This document shows, piece after piece, positions 1 through 14,322 of a DNA stretch of 64,000 nucleotides. The stretch's first letter is position 1, and every line of letters starts with the position of its first letter. This DNA comes from Octopus vulgaris (lineage: Eukaryota). The notes beneath the pieces are model-generated. The model had not been told where the DNA came from and made no database searches. It saw only the letters and a list, made by a program, of their open reading frames with translations. The translations under genes were made by a program, and so were the position numbers. The stretch lies in NCBI GenBank assembly GCA_951406725.2, contig OX597838.1, positions 3,100,001-3,164,000 on the forward strand. The letters run 5' to 3'.

Positions 1-977
1 TTTAACTAATAACTAATTAATTCTTTGATTAATAGTTCTATCAGTCAGTTAATCAGCTGGGTTTGTCAAAGTCCTCTCGCCGCCATTCGCTACCTCATCA
101 ATAACATGCGCCCTCCACACCAGATCTGCTTAAAATCTATTCAGAAACGCACTCTTGGTGTATTAAGCACACTGCACCTATTCTAATATTTGCAAAGAAA
201 CACTTGTTCGGTCATTCGTTCTTAATTACAAAATATTTGGCAATAATTTCCGGGGGGGGGGGTTGATTCGTGATTTATTTTGCAGAGTTTTGTTGTTTTT
301 TGTTTTTTTTTGTTTGCTTGCTTGTTTGTTTGTTTTGGTACAAGTTTTATGAGCCAAGCAATTAACAAGATGCAGGATTTATATGGAGTTATGTCCTCTT
401 GGATGAGCAGGCAGTGAGTTAAAGGGACATCTTCTACCTTGGGTCCGTTGGGGCGTCTCTGGGCGATCGTCTTCTAGAATTAATCCCGTGATACGCTTAT
501 TATCCTGTGGTTGGGACCATGACAGTTCTTGTTAAGGAACAATTTGAAAAGCCTTAATATAAAACATTTGATGATTATAGCTCATGTTTTGAGCGATGTT
601 TATTGTATTTTGTTTCCAAAATGGTGGAATTATTAGGCCAACAGACAATGAAGAGGTGTGAACGCAATATTTTATTAAAGTAGAAATGAAATAAATGTGT
701 CATAAAAATATTTGGTTTTAAAGGAAACCGACAGGAAACGTAATTACATAAAATATTGAATATTTAACAAGAAAATCTTTCTTCTCCATTAGAGAGAGAT
801 ATTGTCCATGATAATATTGATTGAAGACAAATTGGTGTTGACACGAATATTAATTAGTTATTTCTCTTTAAAGGTCGTTGTTCTCCGGGATAAAAGAAAT
901 AATAAAACAAATAAACAAAAATTAAATAAGTAAAAACTAGCAGAGAAATATGAATTTCAAATCGTGGGACGGAAGGT

Positions 978-1260
978 TCTGACATATTTCTGTTTTAACT
1001 TGTCATTTCTGTCTTATTTTTCTCATCATATCTCTGACATATTTCTCTCATATCTTTTGTCATTTCTGTCATATTTCTGTCATATTTCTCTGATAGTTCC
1101 GTCACACTTTACAGATATTCTTGTAATATTTCTCTCAAATTCTTGTCCTATTTCTCTAATATTTCTGTCATATCCTTGTCCTATTTCTCTCACATTTCTC
1201 TTATATTCTTCTCCTATATCTCTCACACTTCTCTCATTCTTCTGTCGTATCTCCTGTCAT
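978..1260. repeat. Degenerate 11-12-bp minisatellite (TCTGTCATATT-like)
   Basis: Roughly 25 divergent units such as TCTGACATATT, TCTGTCATATT and TCTTGTCCTATT. Confidence 0.75.
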
Positions 1261-2337
1261 AAAATCAAATCATAGAATTCAACGAAATCATTTTCTGCTT
1301 CTCATTGTCATTTAGCCCCAGGCCAGAGAGTCAAGTTTTATATATTCTTTAGTTTTCTAAAACAACTTTAAAATATAATTTTATATGCCAGAATTGTTTA
1401 GATCTTGGCTTTATACAGTATGTGTGTTCAGCTTTTTCACTAATGCTTCGCTTATAGTGATCAAATGGTCATGCCGCACATTAGCTCACTTTCTCCATCA
1501 AATCGACGTTGTCTGAACAGGGGCACAGTGTGCCACACGTCAGGTGTCGAAGTGCTCACAGAGCAACATGAGATGAAGTGTTTTGCTCAAGAACACAACA
1601 CACCACCCGATTGAGGAATTGAAATCACGACCACTAGATCTTGAGTGCAACACCCTAACCACTAAGCCATGTATATGATTGACTCTCTCGTCGAAGACGA
1701 CGCATGAAGTATTCAGCTTTTGCCGTATGACCTGCACAAATGCTTCGCTTATAGTGATCAAAGGTTTGTGCTGTACATTAGCTCACCTGTCCCTCCATCA
1801 AATCGACGCTGCCTGAACAGGTGCACGGTGTTGTCTGAACAGACGCTACATCCAGTCTCGGAACTGAAACCTCGATCGCTAAATCTCGAATTACAATGCA
1901 CCATCACATCACTTCTTACACATCACACATATAAACGCTGCGCATGTGATCTTCAACGCGTGACAGATATGTTATAAACGGTTTCCATATTAATTTAGCT
2001 TCAACTGGTTGTTATAAATAATATTCAAGTTATTTCTAGCAGTCACTGCTTCTTTCTAAATAGCTTCGGAGTTATTTTTTCCAAGAAGCGATGGCAAATA
2101 TCAATAGAGAGTGTGTTAGTTTTCACAGAAGTTAAGATGTCATAAATAGAAGCCAGGTTATAAATAACAGCAGCTTGCTCTACTAAATACAGTTTCTCTG
2201 CTATCTTTAGTAGCGAGTTGCTATAAATAATCTGTATATTATTGTTAATTAGAGGCTGGTGTTACGCGCAGTCGCCGCCATGTTGTTGTGAACAAGAGTT
2301 GGGCGTTAGAAATATATAATCGGCATGTTAGTGTTCG

Positions 2338-2845
<508 letters not shown>

Positions 2846-3282
2846 GGAGGCGCAATGGACCAGTGGTTAGGGTAGCGGACTCGCAGTCGTGCGATCGTGG
2901 TTTCGATTCCCAAACCGGGCGTTGTGAGTGCTTATTGAGCAAAAACACTTAAAGCTCCACGAGGCTCCGGCACGGGGTAGTGGCGAAACCTGCTGTACTC
3001 TTTCACCACAACTTTCTCTCATTCTTTCTTCTTGTTTCTGTTGCACCTGTATTTCAAAGGGACAGCCTTATCACACTCTGTGTCACGCTGAATCACCCAC
3101 CCACTCCAACATCGACATTGGTGTGTTTATGTCCCCCGTAAGCTAGCGGTTCGGCAAAAGACACCGATAGAATAAGTACTAGGCTTACAAAGAATAAGTC
3201 CTGGAGTCGGTTTGTTCGACTAAAGGCGGTGCTCCAGCATGTCCGCAGTCAAATGACTGAAACAAATAAAAGAAAAAAAGAA
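2846..3282 (+). mobile_element. tRNA-headed SINE family C sharing the 3' module of family B
   Basis: GGAGGCGCAATGGACCAGTGGTTAGGG...ACTCGCA...GGTTTCGATTCCC tRNA-like head (A and B boxes). 3110-3280 matches the family B 3' end; A-rich tail. Confidence 0.75.
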
Positions 3283-5282
3283 AGTGTGTGTGTGTGTGTA
3301 CACGACGGGCTTCCACAGTTTCCGTGAACCAAATTCATTCCCAAGGTATTTCTCAGATTGGGGTTATAGTAGGAAATGGTAACCCGAGGTGCAATAATGT
3401 GAGACTGAACCCGACAACACATGACTGCAAAGCCAATTTCTTAACGACTTCGAATGTGACAAGTTCTAAAAGCCATGGGTGGAACTCCGTCGAGAAATGC
3501 GGTGGAACTCACTCTATCTTGAACAAAACGTTCCTCTTCTCATCCATTCCTCACCTCCCACCATTTTCTCCTCTTCGTCTATCTTCTTCTTCCAAATTTC
3601 TTTCTCTTCAACGCCACGTCCCGCCATTGACAAACTGTCGTCTGCTTCTTGCCGTGTGACGTCGCCATTGTTGGTTTCACTTAACCAATTCACTAATTAC
3701 ATTTATTTTAATTGGAAATCGATGGAAAAGAGAGATAACTAAATGAATCAAAGGAATAAATATACAAATAACAACAATAATAACAATAATAACAACAACA
3801 ACAACAACAACAGCAACAATAATAATAATAATAATAATAACAACAACAACAACAATAAAAACAATAACTGTAATCGATGTCGATTTTGTAAAATTATTGC
3901 TTCAAGTGACTTTTTATCGTATTTGTTGTTGTTGTTGTTGTTGTCGTCAGCAGTGGCGGAGGTGGGTTTGTGGCGATGGATATGGTTGGGGTGACGCTGA
4001 CGGTGACGTAAGTAGTTGTAATAATAGTGATTGAGATAGTGGCGGCAGTGGTGGTGGTCGTCGTCGTCGTGATGGTGAACGGTGTCGTTTGGCTGCGGCG
4101 ACGGCGATGGTGGCGGTGTCGGTGGTGGTGGTGGTGGTCGTCGTCGTCGTGATGGTGAAAGGTGTCGTTGGCGGCGGCGACGGTGGCGGTGGCGGTGGCG
4201 GTGGTGGTGGTGGTGGTGGTGACACTGATTGAAGTGGTGATGGTAGTGATGGTCGCAATGATAAGCGTATTGATGGTGGTGGAGGTGGTTGGTGCTGGTG
4301 GTCGACTCCGTGATGACGCTGATGATGATCATGATGGTGATTAGTGGTGGTGGTGGTGGTGGTGGTGGTGGTAGTGGCAGCGACGCCGCTGCTACTTTGA
4401 GTCGGTGATGATGATGAAGAGGTGAAAGAGGAGCAGGAGGCTGAAGAGGATGGGGATTACGGTAATGGTTAAGGGGATGATGGTGCTATTGGTATTTAAA
4501 CTGGTGACGATGACGATGACGACGACGATCGAGGTTATGATGGCGACGGTGGTGGTGGTGGTGGTGGTGGTGGTGGTGGTTATGATGATGATCATGATGA
4601 CGACGACAACGACGATGGCGAACATTGATGCAATGATGACGATGGTGAGGGTTGTAATGGTGGTGGTGGTGACGGCAATGGTTTTGCATTTCTCAAAACT
4701 CTGCTGCGAGAAGCGGAATTGCTGATGTGCGTTGAATGTCTATAGTAGTAGTAGTAGCAGCAGCAGTAGTAGTAGTAGTAGTAGTAATCGTAGTAGCAGT
4801 AGTAGTAGTGGTGGTGGTGGTGGTGGTCTGTCAATTTGAAAATGCAATTCCCCAATATATTATTTTCTTCTTTTAATTTTCATTTATTTTTCATTTATTT
4901 TTTGTTTTATCGAAATTATTATTATTATTATTAATTTCAATTATTCGAATGTCTTTCACTTAATGCGTATTTATATTTATTACTTCTTTATATGTATATA
5001 TATTTTATATATATTTTATATATATTTTATTATATATATAATTTTTTGTATTTTCATCATTTATGTTTATTTTCGTTTGTTTGCTAGAAAATTTATTTCA
5101 TTAACGATTTGGTGAAATTGAAGTGGGGGGGTGCGAAGGAAGGAGAGGGGGGGCGTGTTGTGTTTCGGCCTCGGTTCAAGATGGCGTCTAACGTGCTGTG
5201 CGTCGAATAGAGCAGTTTTTGGTGGCTTGTGAAAATGTCGCTAGTTCCGTTCTAATAGTTGCGTGATAGTTTTTACTCGTTT

Positions 5283-5398
<116 letters not shown>

Positions 5399-8055
5399 AT
5401 TTGTGTGTGTGTGTTTGTGTGTTTGTGTGTGTGTGTGTGTTTGTATGTTTGTGTGTGCGTGTGTGTGTATGTGTGTGTGAGTGTGTGTGTGTGTGTGTGT
5501 GTGTTTGTGTTTGTGTGCTTGTGTGTGTGTGTGTGTGTGTTTGTGTGCTTGTGTGTGTGTGTGTGTGTGCATTTGTGTGTGTGTGTGCTTGTGTGTGTTT
5601 GTGTGTGTGTGTGTATGTATTTGTGTGTGTGTGTGTTTGTGTGTTTGTGTGTTTGTGTGTTTGTGTGTTTGTGTGTTTGTGTGTTTGTGTGTGTGTTTGT
5701 GTTTGTGTGTACGTGCGCGCGCGCGCGTGTCTTTATACTTGCAAACTTTTGTTTGTGTGTGTGTCTGGTTGGTGTCAAAGTGTATGCACGTGTTTCTGTG
5801 TCCGTGAGTCCATGTGCGAAAGAGAGAGAGAGGGAGAGAAAGAGAGCGTATGTGGTAGACCAGAAATCACATCGAGCTCACATGGCCACCACCCCCAACA
5901 ACTGTAACTAAATCCAGAGTCAGCTCAAGGTATTTACTTTACCGTAAACTTAGATCAACCCAAGGTTTGTGAGTGAACTTGTGGCCAGAAGGAGACTGGA
6001 GAGAAGCCCATCAGATCGATTCCTAATTTAAAGGTCTGACCTTGTAACACGGAGTCACGTTGATTGTCACTGAGAATTAGTTTTAGGGGATAAGTATCTG
6101 CGGAATACTCAACCACTTTTCACGCTAATTCAATACATTTTATTCTTTAACTCTTTTACTCGTTTCAGCCACGCGGCTGCGGTCAAGCTGGAGCACCACT
6201 GTAGAAAGAATGAAAAACGCCTAAAGCCCGCCTACATTACGAATATGCCCCACGATTCAATCAAGAAGTTGAGGCCCAGTGCAAGCGCTCATGCTTACAC
6301 GCACTAGTATACTCGTGTCGTCAAAAACAAGGACAGTTTTTGGAATTATTGGGAAGAAAGGTGCATCCTTCAAACCGACAGGTGAAACTATTGATTGATT
6401 TCTTACCTAAACACTTCAGACGTTATATTTAATGGTAAAATATAACCCTTTGATCCTATCTAAACAGCCGATACCAATAAAAGCGATAGTACATGCTGCT
6501 CTCTTTAAAAAGATGAGTCACGTCGACATAGTATTAAGTGTGTAGATTCTTCTGTGGTGAAAAATGGCGGCTTTTTAACTTATAACATTTTCACTGAGGC
6601 ACTAAATTGTTAACACGATAGATGAGCAAATGTTTGATTGATTTACTGTCAGCAACCTTTAACGACAGAAGGGTATCTGAAACGTAATTGAAAATATAGT
6701 TTCATTATGGACTACTTCCGTTCTTTAAATAGTTTCATTATTGAATACTTTCGTTCTTTCGATGTAAGCATATATATTGTTACTGACAGCAACGGATATC
6801 TTTAAATTAACACTACACACTAACAACTTTAGTAATACGCGGCATCCCTTTCTCCTTTTTAATTTGTCTTTTTTTTTTCAAATTATTTTAGTTTTATTTT
6901 ACTTAATAAGGAAACAATTGTTTGGTCGAACTAGTGTTGATGCTTATGATAAAATGTTTACCCATAATTCAGAGCGGTGACCAGCCACGTGATTTCATTT
7001 CTATTATCCTTATTGATAAGTTATTTTAAAATTCAATCTTGGCATTCAATAAGGTAAGTCTTTAAATAACGGAAGTGTTCCATAATGAATTTGTGTACCT
7101 TCTCGATTATGCCTTCGATATCCTTCCAAAGATAACACAAGCGACAGTCAATCGATGGCACCCGCGCTCTTCACCACTTTTCAGCGATTTAATAAAAGTT
7201 ATATATATATATATATAAAAATAATTATAAATGCTAACACTAAATCTATGAAAATATTTATTCCAACATTATTTACAAAACTTTGAATGTGACTATATTC
7301 CTAATTTCGGCAGAAACAGTAGACAAATTTCTTTCCATGGTAGCAAGAGGTCAAAATTTCAGATTTCATATTCAGCGAGCCGTGTGCTTGTTTCAGAATA
7401 TGAAGGCTATCGAGTAGACATAGACTGCATTGTCTCGTACAATTGTTGTATAGAAGAGCTGCCACTGCGATGTCTCACATCATGCGAGCGTTTTAGGTTC
7501 TTTTGTCTTTTAATTTTCAGACTGAGGTGAAGTGATGGAATTCTAGCTATGGCCTACATATATGTCGGTGCAGATTGTATCTGATATTAAACATGTTCAC
7601 CATGACCTGCTAATTTTTCTCAGTACCATCAGTGAGCGTTATACTTACACTATTTATACTTCCGCTTTATTGAGACGCTATAACTTAAGTTGGCAATTAT
7701 AGAAGGTTCTGAAATCGTAGGAGAACTGTTAAAGTGTTCAGATTGTTAACTGAGAGTATGTTTAAATCGTGATGTGGGAGCTAGGAAACAATGCTACCCA
7801 GGCAACTATAACCAACCTTAACGTTCTCACAGTTAAAGAACTTGTAATATTTACGTCTAGCTGGAAAATATTATTCTTAAAAAACATTGAAGATTCTGGA
7901 GTATGTAAGTGATTAATTTCATTGATGAGATTGGATCGAACATCATAATTTGAAATAAAATAAAATACACAGATGCACATACAGGCACACATCGACACAA
8001 AAACGCGCGCACGGACACATACGCACACCTACACACGGAGAGAGACATACATAGA

Positions 8056-8133
<78 letters not shown>

Positions 8134-8574
8134 ACATATACTTATACACATATATACTAATACGAATATGTACTTATACACATATGTACTTATACGTACA
8201 TATTTAGAGAATCTAAATAAAAAAGAAAAAATAGAACGGCTGCAAAGAATTTCCAATAAAAATATTATCCCGTGGCAGGAATTTGGATTGGTCTAATGCA
8301 TCAGTCTGAAGAATTTGCTTAGAATTGTGGCAGCACAAAGAATGGTTCTTTTCAGAGAAATCTCAGACTTTTTCAAAACAATTTTGTCTTCGATTGGAAA
8401 TCGTTAAATTACTGGTTGTATATATTTATACATACATACATACATACATACATACATACATGTGCGTTTATATATATATATGTGTGTGTATGTGTGAATG
8501 TGTGTGTATATATACATGTATATATATATAGGTATATATATACATATATATACAAATATACATATATATATACT

Positions 8575-8610
<36 letters not shown>

Positions 8611-8733
8611 CATACGAGTAGAAACACAGAGACTGTTTCAATAAAAGTGCACTTGAATACATATGTATAAATGTGTATGTATATACATATACACACACAC
8701 ATATATATACACACACTATATACACACACACAC

Positions 8734-8772
<39 letters not shown>

Positions 8773-9466
8773 CACACAGATATATACATATATGCATATA
8801 TATATATTCATATATTTGTATGTATATGTCTATGTATATACATATATATGTGTACCCACACACATTCACACGTAAACACACACACACACGCACACACACA
8901 AGTAGATATGACCCATTGTATAGCATAAAGAAAAATCTACAATATCTCTATCGATTACAATAGATGAATGGCGACCAATTAAAATTATTATTTGCGTTTT
9001 AACGATGTCATCTCTCTCCTTCTCTCTCTTTCTTCCTCCCTCTCTCTTTCTATCTCTCTCTCTCCTTCTCTCTTTCTACCTCTATCTCTCTCTCTCTGTG
9101 TCTTTGCCATTCAAAACACATTCACACGCACAAATACATAGATAAAGAGAGAAAGAGATACATACCTATGTACAAACATAGCTACATATACACACATATA
9201 TGCATACACAAATATATATATATATATATATAAGGATATATGTACGTTTCTATATATATATAGATATATATGTATATATCTATATTTGTATCTATCCCTC
9301 TAGCTCTCTATCTATCAATATATATATATATATATTCATATATATGTCTATGTGTATACACATATAAATATACATATATACGCACATATATATAAATATA
9401 TATTTACATATAGTAATATAAATGATATATATATGCATATATAGACACACATATGTATATACATAC

Positions 9467-9524
<58 letters not shown>

Positions 9525-10557
9525 ACAGGACGTCACAAAAACCTAAATAAACATGAAATACGAAAATAACATTGGGTACGCAAAAAACGAGAGAAACAAA
9601 TGGAGAACAAAATAACTAACATAGAAAAAAACGATTCTTCATCAGTTGTTGGCTGTCCTTCTACTCCTTATTTCGAGCATTCAAACAACAAGATAAGAGT
9701 TTGAAAGCAGCTGCTCCCGCGAACCGAAATAAAAAAAAATAGGGATTTGAGGAGGGTCAAAGTTGGTAACAAAAACAGGACATACTGCAAACCAAATGAA
9801 ACGAATACAAACAAGGAGGGCCGTTAGGCACAGGCGAGGTAAAAATGGCGAACGCTTGAAGAAGATTCTTTGATAAGGGAAAAGAGAGGAGACAGATACA
9901 AATGCGTCCGAAATGCGCAAGAGAGTGGGGGAAAAGGAAGAGGATCACGTGAGGAAAGGAAGGATGGACGATGGTCACGTGTGAGCAACGAGAGAGAGTA
10001 AAGGAGGAAGAGGGATAGAGAGAGGGACAGACAGATAGAAAACTGTGAGGGGGACAAACATACATGCATGTATGAATGTGTGTATACATATCTATTATAT
10101 ACGTATAGATATATGTACTAATTATGTGTCTGCGGGTGTGTGTGTGCGCGTGTGTGTGTGCGCGTGTGTGCGCGTGCATGTATGTGTTTGTGTGTGTGAA
10201 TGTCCGCATGTACGAATGTATGTGTGTATGTATGCGTGACACGTTGTCTCTAACGATCGTTCCGCAGTCCTAAGCTACGAGACACCATCCCGTTACGTAG
10301 ATTCTTGTCCAGTCCGCCTTTGCAAATGTTACTCTGTGTAAATGGATACTGTGCGGAAGCCCTCCGCAATGACTTCCACCGCGTAATTCAAAGGCCGGAC
10401 CATGTCGCAATCTTCTTCAGTTTTCAAGTGTCTGCGGAGTACTCGGCCAGTTGCTCTATCATTCAGTAAGGAGGGAATCCGAGAGAAGACCGTCATATAT
10501 ATATATGCGTGTGTGTGTTTGTGTTTGTGCATGCGAGCCTGTGTGTTTGTGCATACG

Positions 10558-10623
<66 letters not shown>

Positions 10624-11904
10624 TTTATGTTTGCGTTTGTCCCCCACCACTGTTTGACAGCCGGTGCTGGCGTGTTTACATTCCCGTAATCTAGCGGTTC
10701 GGCAAAATACACCGATAGAATAAGTATAATGCTTTAAGAAAAATAAGTACTGGGCCCGATTCATTCGACTAAAAATTCTTCAAGGCAGTGCCCCAGCTTG
10801 GCCGCAGTCTAATGACTGAAACAAGTAAAAGAATATATGCATGCACGTATGTATGTATGTATGCATATCTTTGCCGCTCTCTCTCTCTCTCTCTCTCCCT
10901 CTCTCTCTCATCCTACTTCCCTCCTATCTGCTGCCCACACGTGACCCTTGATTGATTTTCTATCCTCAGCCTTTTCGCCGCCGGACGCCAAGCGTGCTGG
11001 TCAACTTTTTTCTCCTCTCTTACTAATTCTTTCTTTATATCTATTTGAGGATTTCTTCCATTAACCATCACTCTTGTGTTTGGCCGAAAGGCTTTATTCA
11101 TTGTCTTCGTCTATCGCTTCAAATTACCCTGGTTTTCTTTCGTATGTCCACTCTGTATTGTCTTGTTTGCTCCAGCCCAAATTCTACGCAAATCTTGCTG
11201 GCGCCGCCGATATGCGAAGTTCCCAGTCTTATCGTTAAAGGCCCGAAACTATTTATTAGTATTTTTGTTCGATAACTGAGGAAAGATTAGGGTCCTTCTG
11301 TATCTGTCCTACGAGTACGTTTTGTAGTATTAATGCATTTTTCATCAATGGAATAACTGAAAGCCACGCATCCCGACTTTTGTTAACAGTAAGTTATGTA
11401 CGTATGTATGTACGTATGTACGTATGTATATACGTACGTATATATGTATACATATATACGTACGTATATATGCGCGTATGTATATATGTTTACATATATA
11501 CGTACGTATATACATCGAAGGGTGTTGTAGATTGGTGAAGCATTGAGAAGTATACTGAGAGAGCCATTTCCCGAAGACAAGATCGATAGAGATCGAACAT
11601 TAAATGTAATATATATATCAATAACATATATCTAATGTATATCAAATAGATATCAATTATATATGAAATCTAATACAGATCGATAACAATAAAGATATTG
11701 GAGATAAGCATTTTTAAAGTATCATTTCAATACTTTTGTCATCGTTAGCTTCGGCGTAATTAATGTTCTATCTGCGTTGATATCACCCTCTATAACACAC
11801 TGATCTGTGTGCATGTGTGTGTGTGTGTGTGTGTGTACACATACAAGCACGCATATATATACACACACACATGCACACACATATGCTTATACAAACATAC
11901 ATAC

Positions 11905-12260
11905 AAGGACACTAATGTGGTCAGCGAAGTATCAGAGAAAGTGGCCATCTGTGGCCCGTTGATAAGGAGTTTGCAAATCCAGTCCCCAAGATACAATTTC
12001 AGCTTCATATCCATCATTATTGGAGCAACAGGATACATACCGACCAGTCTGGAGCTAAGCATGGTTGAACTTGGGATCTTGGGGAGAGAACGCAAATCCT
12101 TAATTCATGCTCTACAAATGACTATGACATCTGGGACTGTAAAAACCGGCAAGGCCTTCTTAGGATTTAAAGGATGGTGAGCGAAACAAGATGCTTTCCT
12201 TCACAACTTTGCTACAAAGGAGGTGGTGGCCAGTCAATGTTTATTTTAAATTAAAAAGAA
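11905..12260 (+). mobile_element. 3' fragment of a second RLE-type LINE family
   Basis: EK...GPLIRSLQI..PRYNFSFISIIIGATGYIP...SGTVKTGKAFLGF. A related fragment (GTVGYV...KLIRRLQIQSITGTVKICKTF) is on the minus strand at ~20307-20463. Confidence 0.65.
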
Positions 12261-12520
12261 CATACATATACACAAATACACATACATACATACATAAATA
12301 CATACATACATACATAAATACATACATACTTACATACACACGTACAGCAATACCCGGCTTTTTATGTTGTGTTCAAATTTTTCCGAGGTCGACTTTGCCT
12401 GTCATGCTTTCGGAGTCGATAAAATAAAGTACCAGTCGAACACTGGGGTCGATATGATCGACTTACCCCCTCCCCTCAAAAATTGCTGGCCTTGTAAAAG
12501 AAATTCGAAACTATTACTTT

Positions 12521-12566
<46 letters not shown>

Positions 12567-13044
12567 TGTTGTTGTTGTTGTTGTTGTTGCTGTTGTAGAA
12601 TATTGCGCTGCCATAAAGCCGAGTTTTGTGATGTGGCATTATTCTAGTTTCAAAGAACTCTAAAATGTGTGTGTGTGCGCGCGCGCGCGTGTGTGTATAA
12701 ACAGATACATACAAAAATACGCCTTTGTTGATGTTGAAATTCCAATGAAGGAGCCTTGGATCTTGGTTAGAAACCGGGGTTTTTTTTCTCTATTGGCAAG
12801 AAATCTTGAAATAAAACTGAATAATGTCATACATACATACATACATACATACATACATACAGAGACCGTTTATAAATATACTTTCATTAACTTATATGAA
12901 TAAGAAGGAAATTTAATTTTTCTTCCTCAAATTATTCTGTATGACAAATGAAAACATAGAAATACAAGTAAATAAATACATTATTTGTGTATATAATATA
13001 CAATCGCTCGTCAGAAGATTCAGTGTATATTTTTATACCAATTC

Positions 13045-13091
13045 CGTCAGACGGACGTTTCCGTTTCATCATAACTGATTCATCAGTGCGC
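13045..13091 (-). ncRNA. Type I hammerhead ribozyme
   Basis: Minus strand reads gcgca CUGAUGA auca-guua-ugau GAA acgga-aacg-uccgu C ugacg. Complete catalytic core, 4-bp stem II, 5-bp stem III, GUC cleavage triplet (C17=13050), short bulged stem I. Confidence 0.75.
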
Positions 13092-13459
13092 CTCTTACAG
13101 TCACAGAGCAATTACGTTTTAGGGGTGTGGTTTAGAAAGACAGGATGAATTGGGTTCTAATTTAGGAACCAAGGCCTGGTGTGCTTTTGTGGGCGAGCGG
13201 GTTAATCGATACCATCGATCTCAGTATATGGGTGTTGACAGTTGCTTTATTTTATCGACCTCGAAAGGTTGGAGGATAAAGTTGTTTGCGGTGTGATTTG
13301 AACTGAAAACGTAAAGATTTGGAAGAAATGTAGCAAGTTTTTTTTTTTTATCCGACGCTCAAACGAGTCAGCCATCTTTGGAGCCCCACGATCTGCTTTT
13401 TTTTTCTATCTTATATATTTTTAGAGTATATATGCGTGTGCGATTGTATGTGTATATAT

Positions 13460-13499
<40 letters not shown>

Positions 13500-14127
13500 A
13501 TGATGTCCCTGAAGTAGAACATTATTGTGACAAATCAAAGCACCCAACAAATACTGAAATACCCTCGTGGTCCTCGGTTAGGGATCTCAAAGATGGTGTA
13601 CACAGCTGGGTATTTTAAGGAGGGGTTTATATCAACCTGTTTAGCGACGCTCTAACACTCCACCCTGAATGAAATAAATAAAAATTAAATTGTTCAAAAA
13701 CTGGTGAGTACGGTTTAAAATGGCGTCTGGTTATGAATGACACCACAGGGGATCGGTGGAGGCTGTTTATCAGATGTTTGGGTACCGGATTAGATTCTTT
13801 ACGGTTTGGGAGTTAGAAACCGCCATTTTTACGTTTGCAAATGTTCGATGCAAATGTCTATTTGCAGAGAGGAACGTGGTTTCGTCACGTGGTTTCTGAC
13901 CATCGTCTAAAAATGAGAATGCCATGCCGCCGGAAGAGAATTGGAAGAACATTCATTCATTTTTTTATAAAAATTTTTTTTTTTTAAATTAATTTAGTTT
14001 ACTTTTTTTACTTTTCAAATTACTCAATTTTGAGAAATGACAGTAACTTAATGCTTTTTGTTTAAAAGTTTCCTCACCAAAATCATCATCATCATCGTCA
14101 TCGTCGTCATCATCATCACCATCATCG

Positions 14128-14166
<39 letters not shown>

Positions 14167-14216
14167 CCATCATCATCGTCCTCATCACTACCACTACCAC
14201 CATCATCATCATCATC

Positions 14217-14262
<46 letters not shown>

Positions 14263-14288
14263 CCATCATCATCGTCCTCATCACTACC

Positions 14289-14322
<34 letters not shown>

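Noticed and set aside
2846-2915. tRNA-Arg-like sequence
   Set aside because: No acceptor stem; it continues into a SINE body, so it is a SINE head and not a tRNA gene.
3500-3670. Minus-strand short ORFs MATSHGKK... and MAGRGVEEKE...
   Set aside because: Only 29-37 aa, with no recognisable homology and no downstream exon found in the window.
6455-6530. Minus-strand HLFKESSMYYRF resembling the end of a DEP domain
   Set aside because: Bounded by in-frame stops with no suitable acceptor; likely coincidence.
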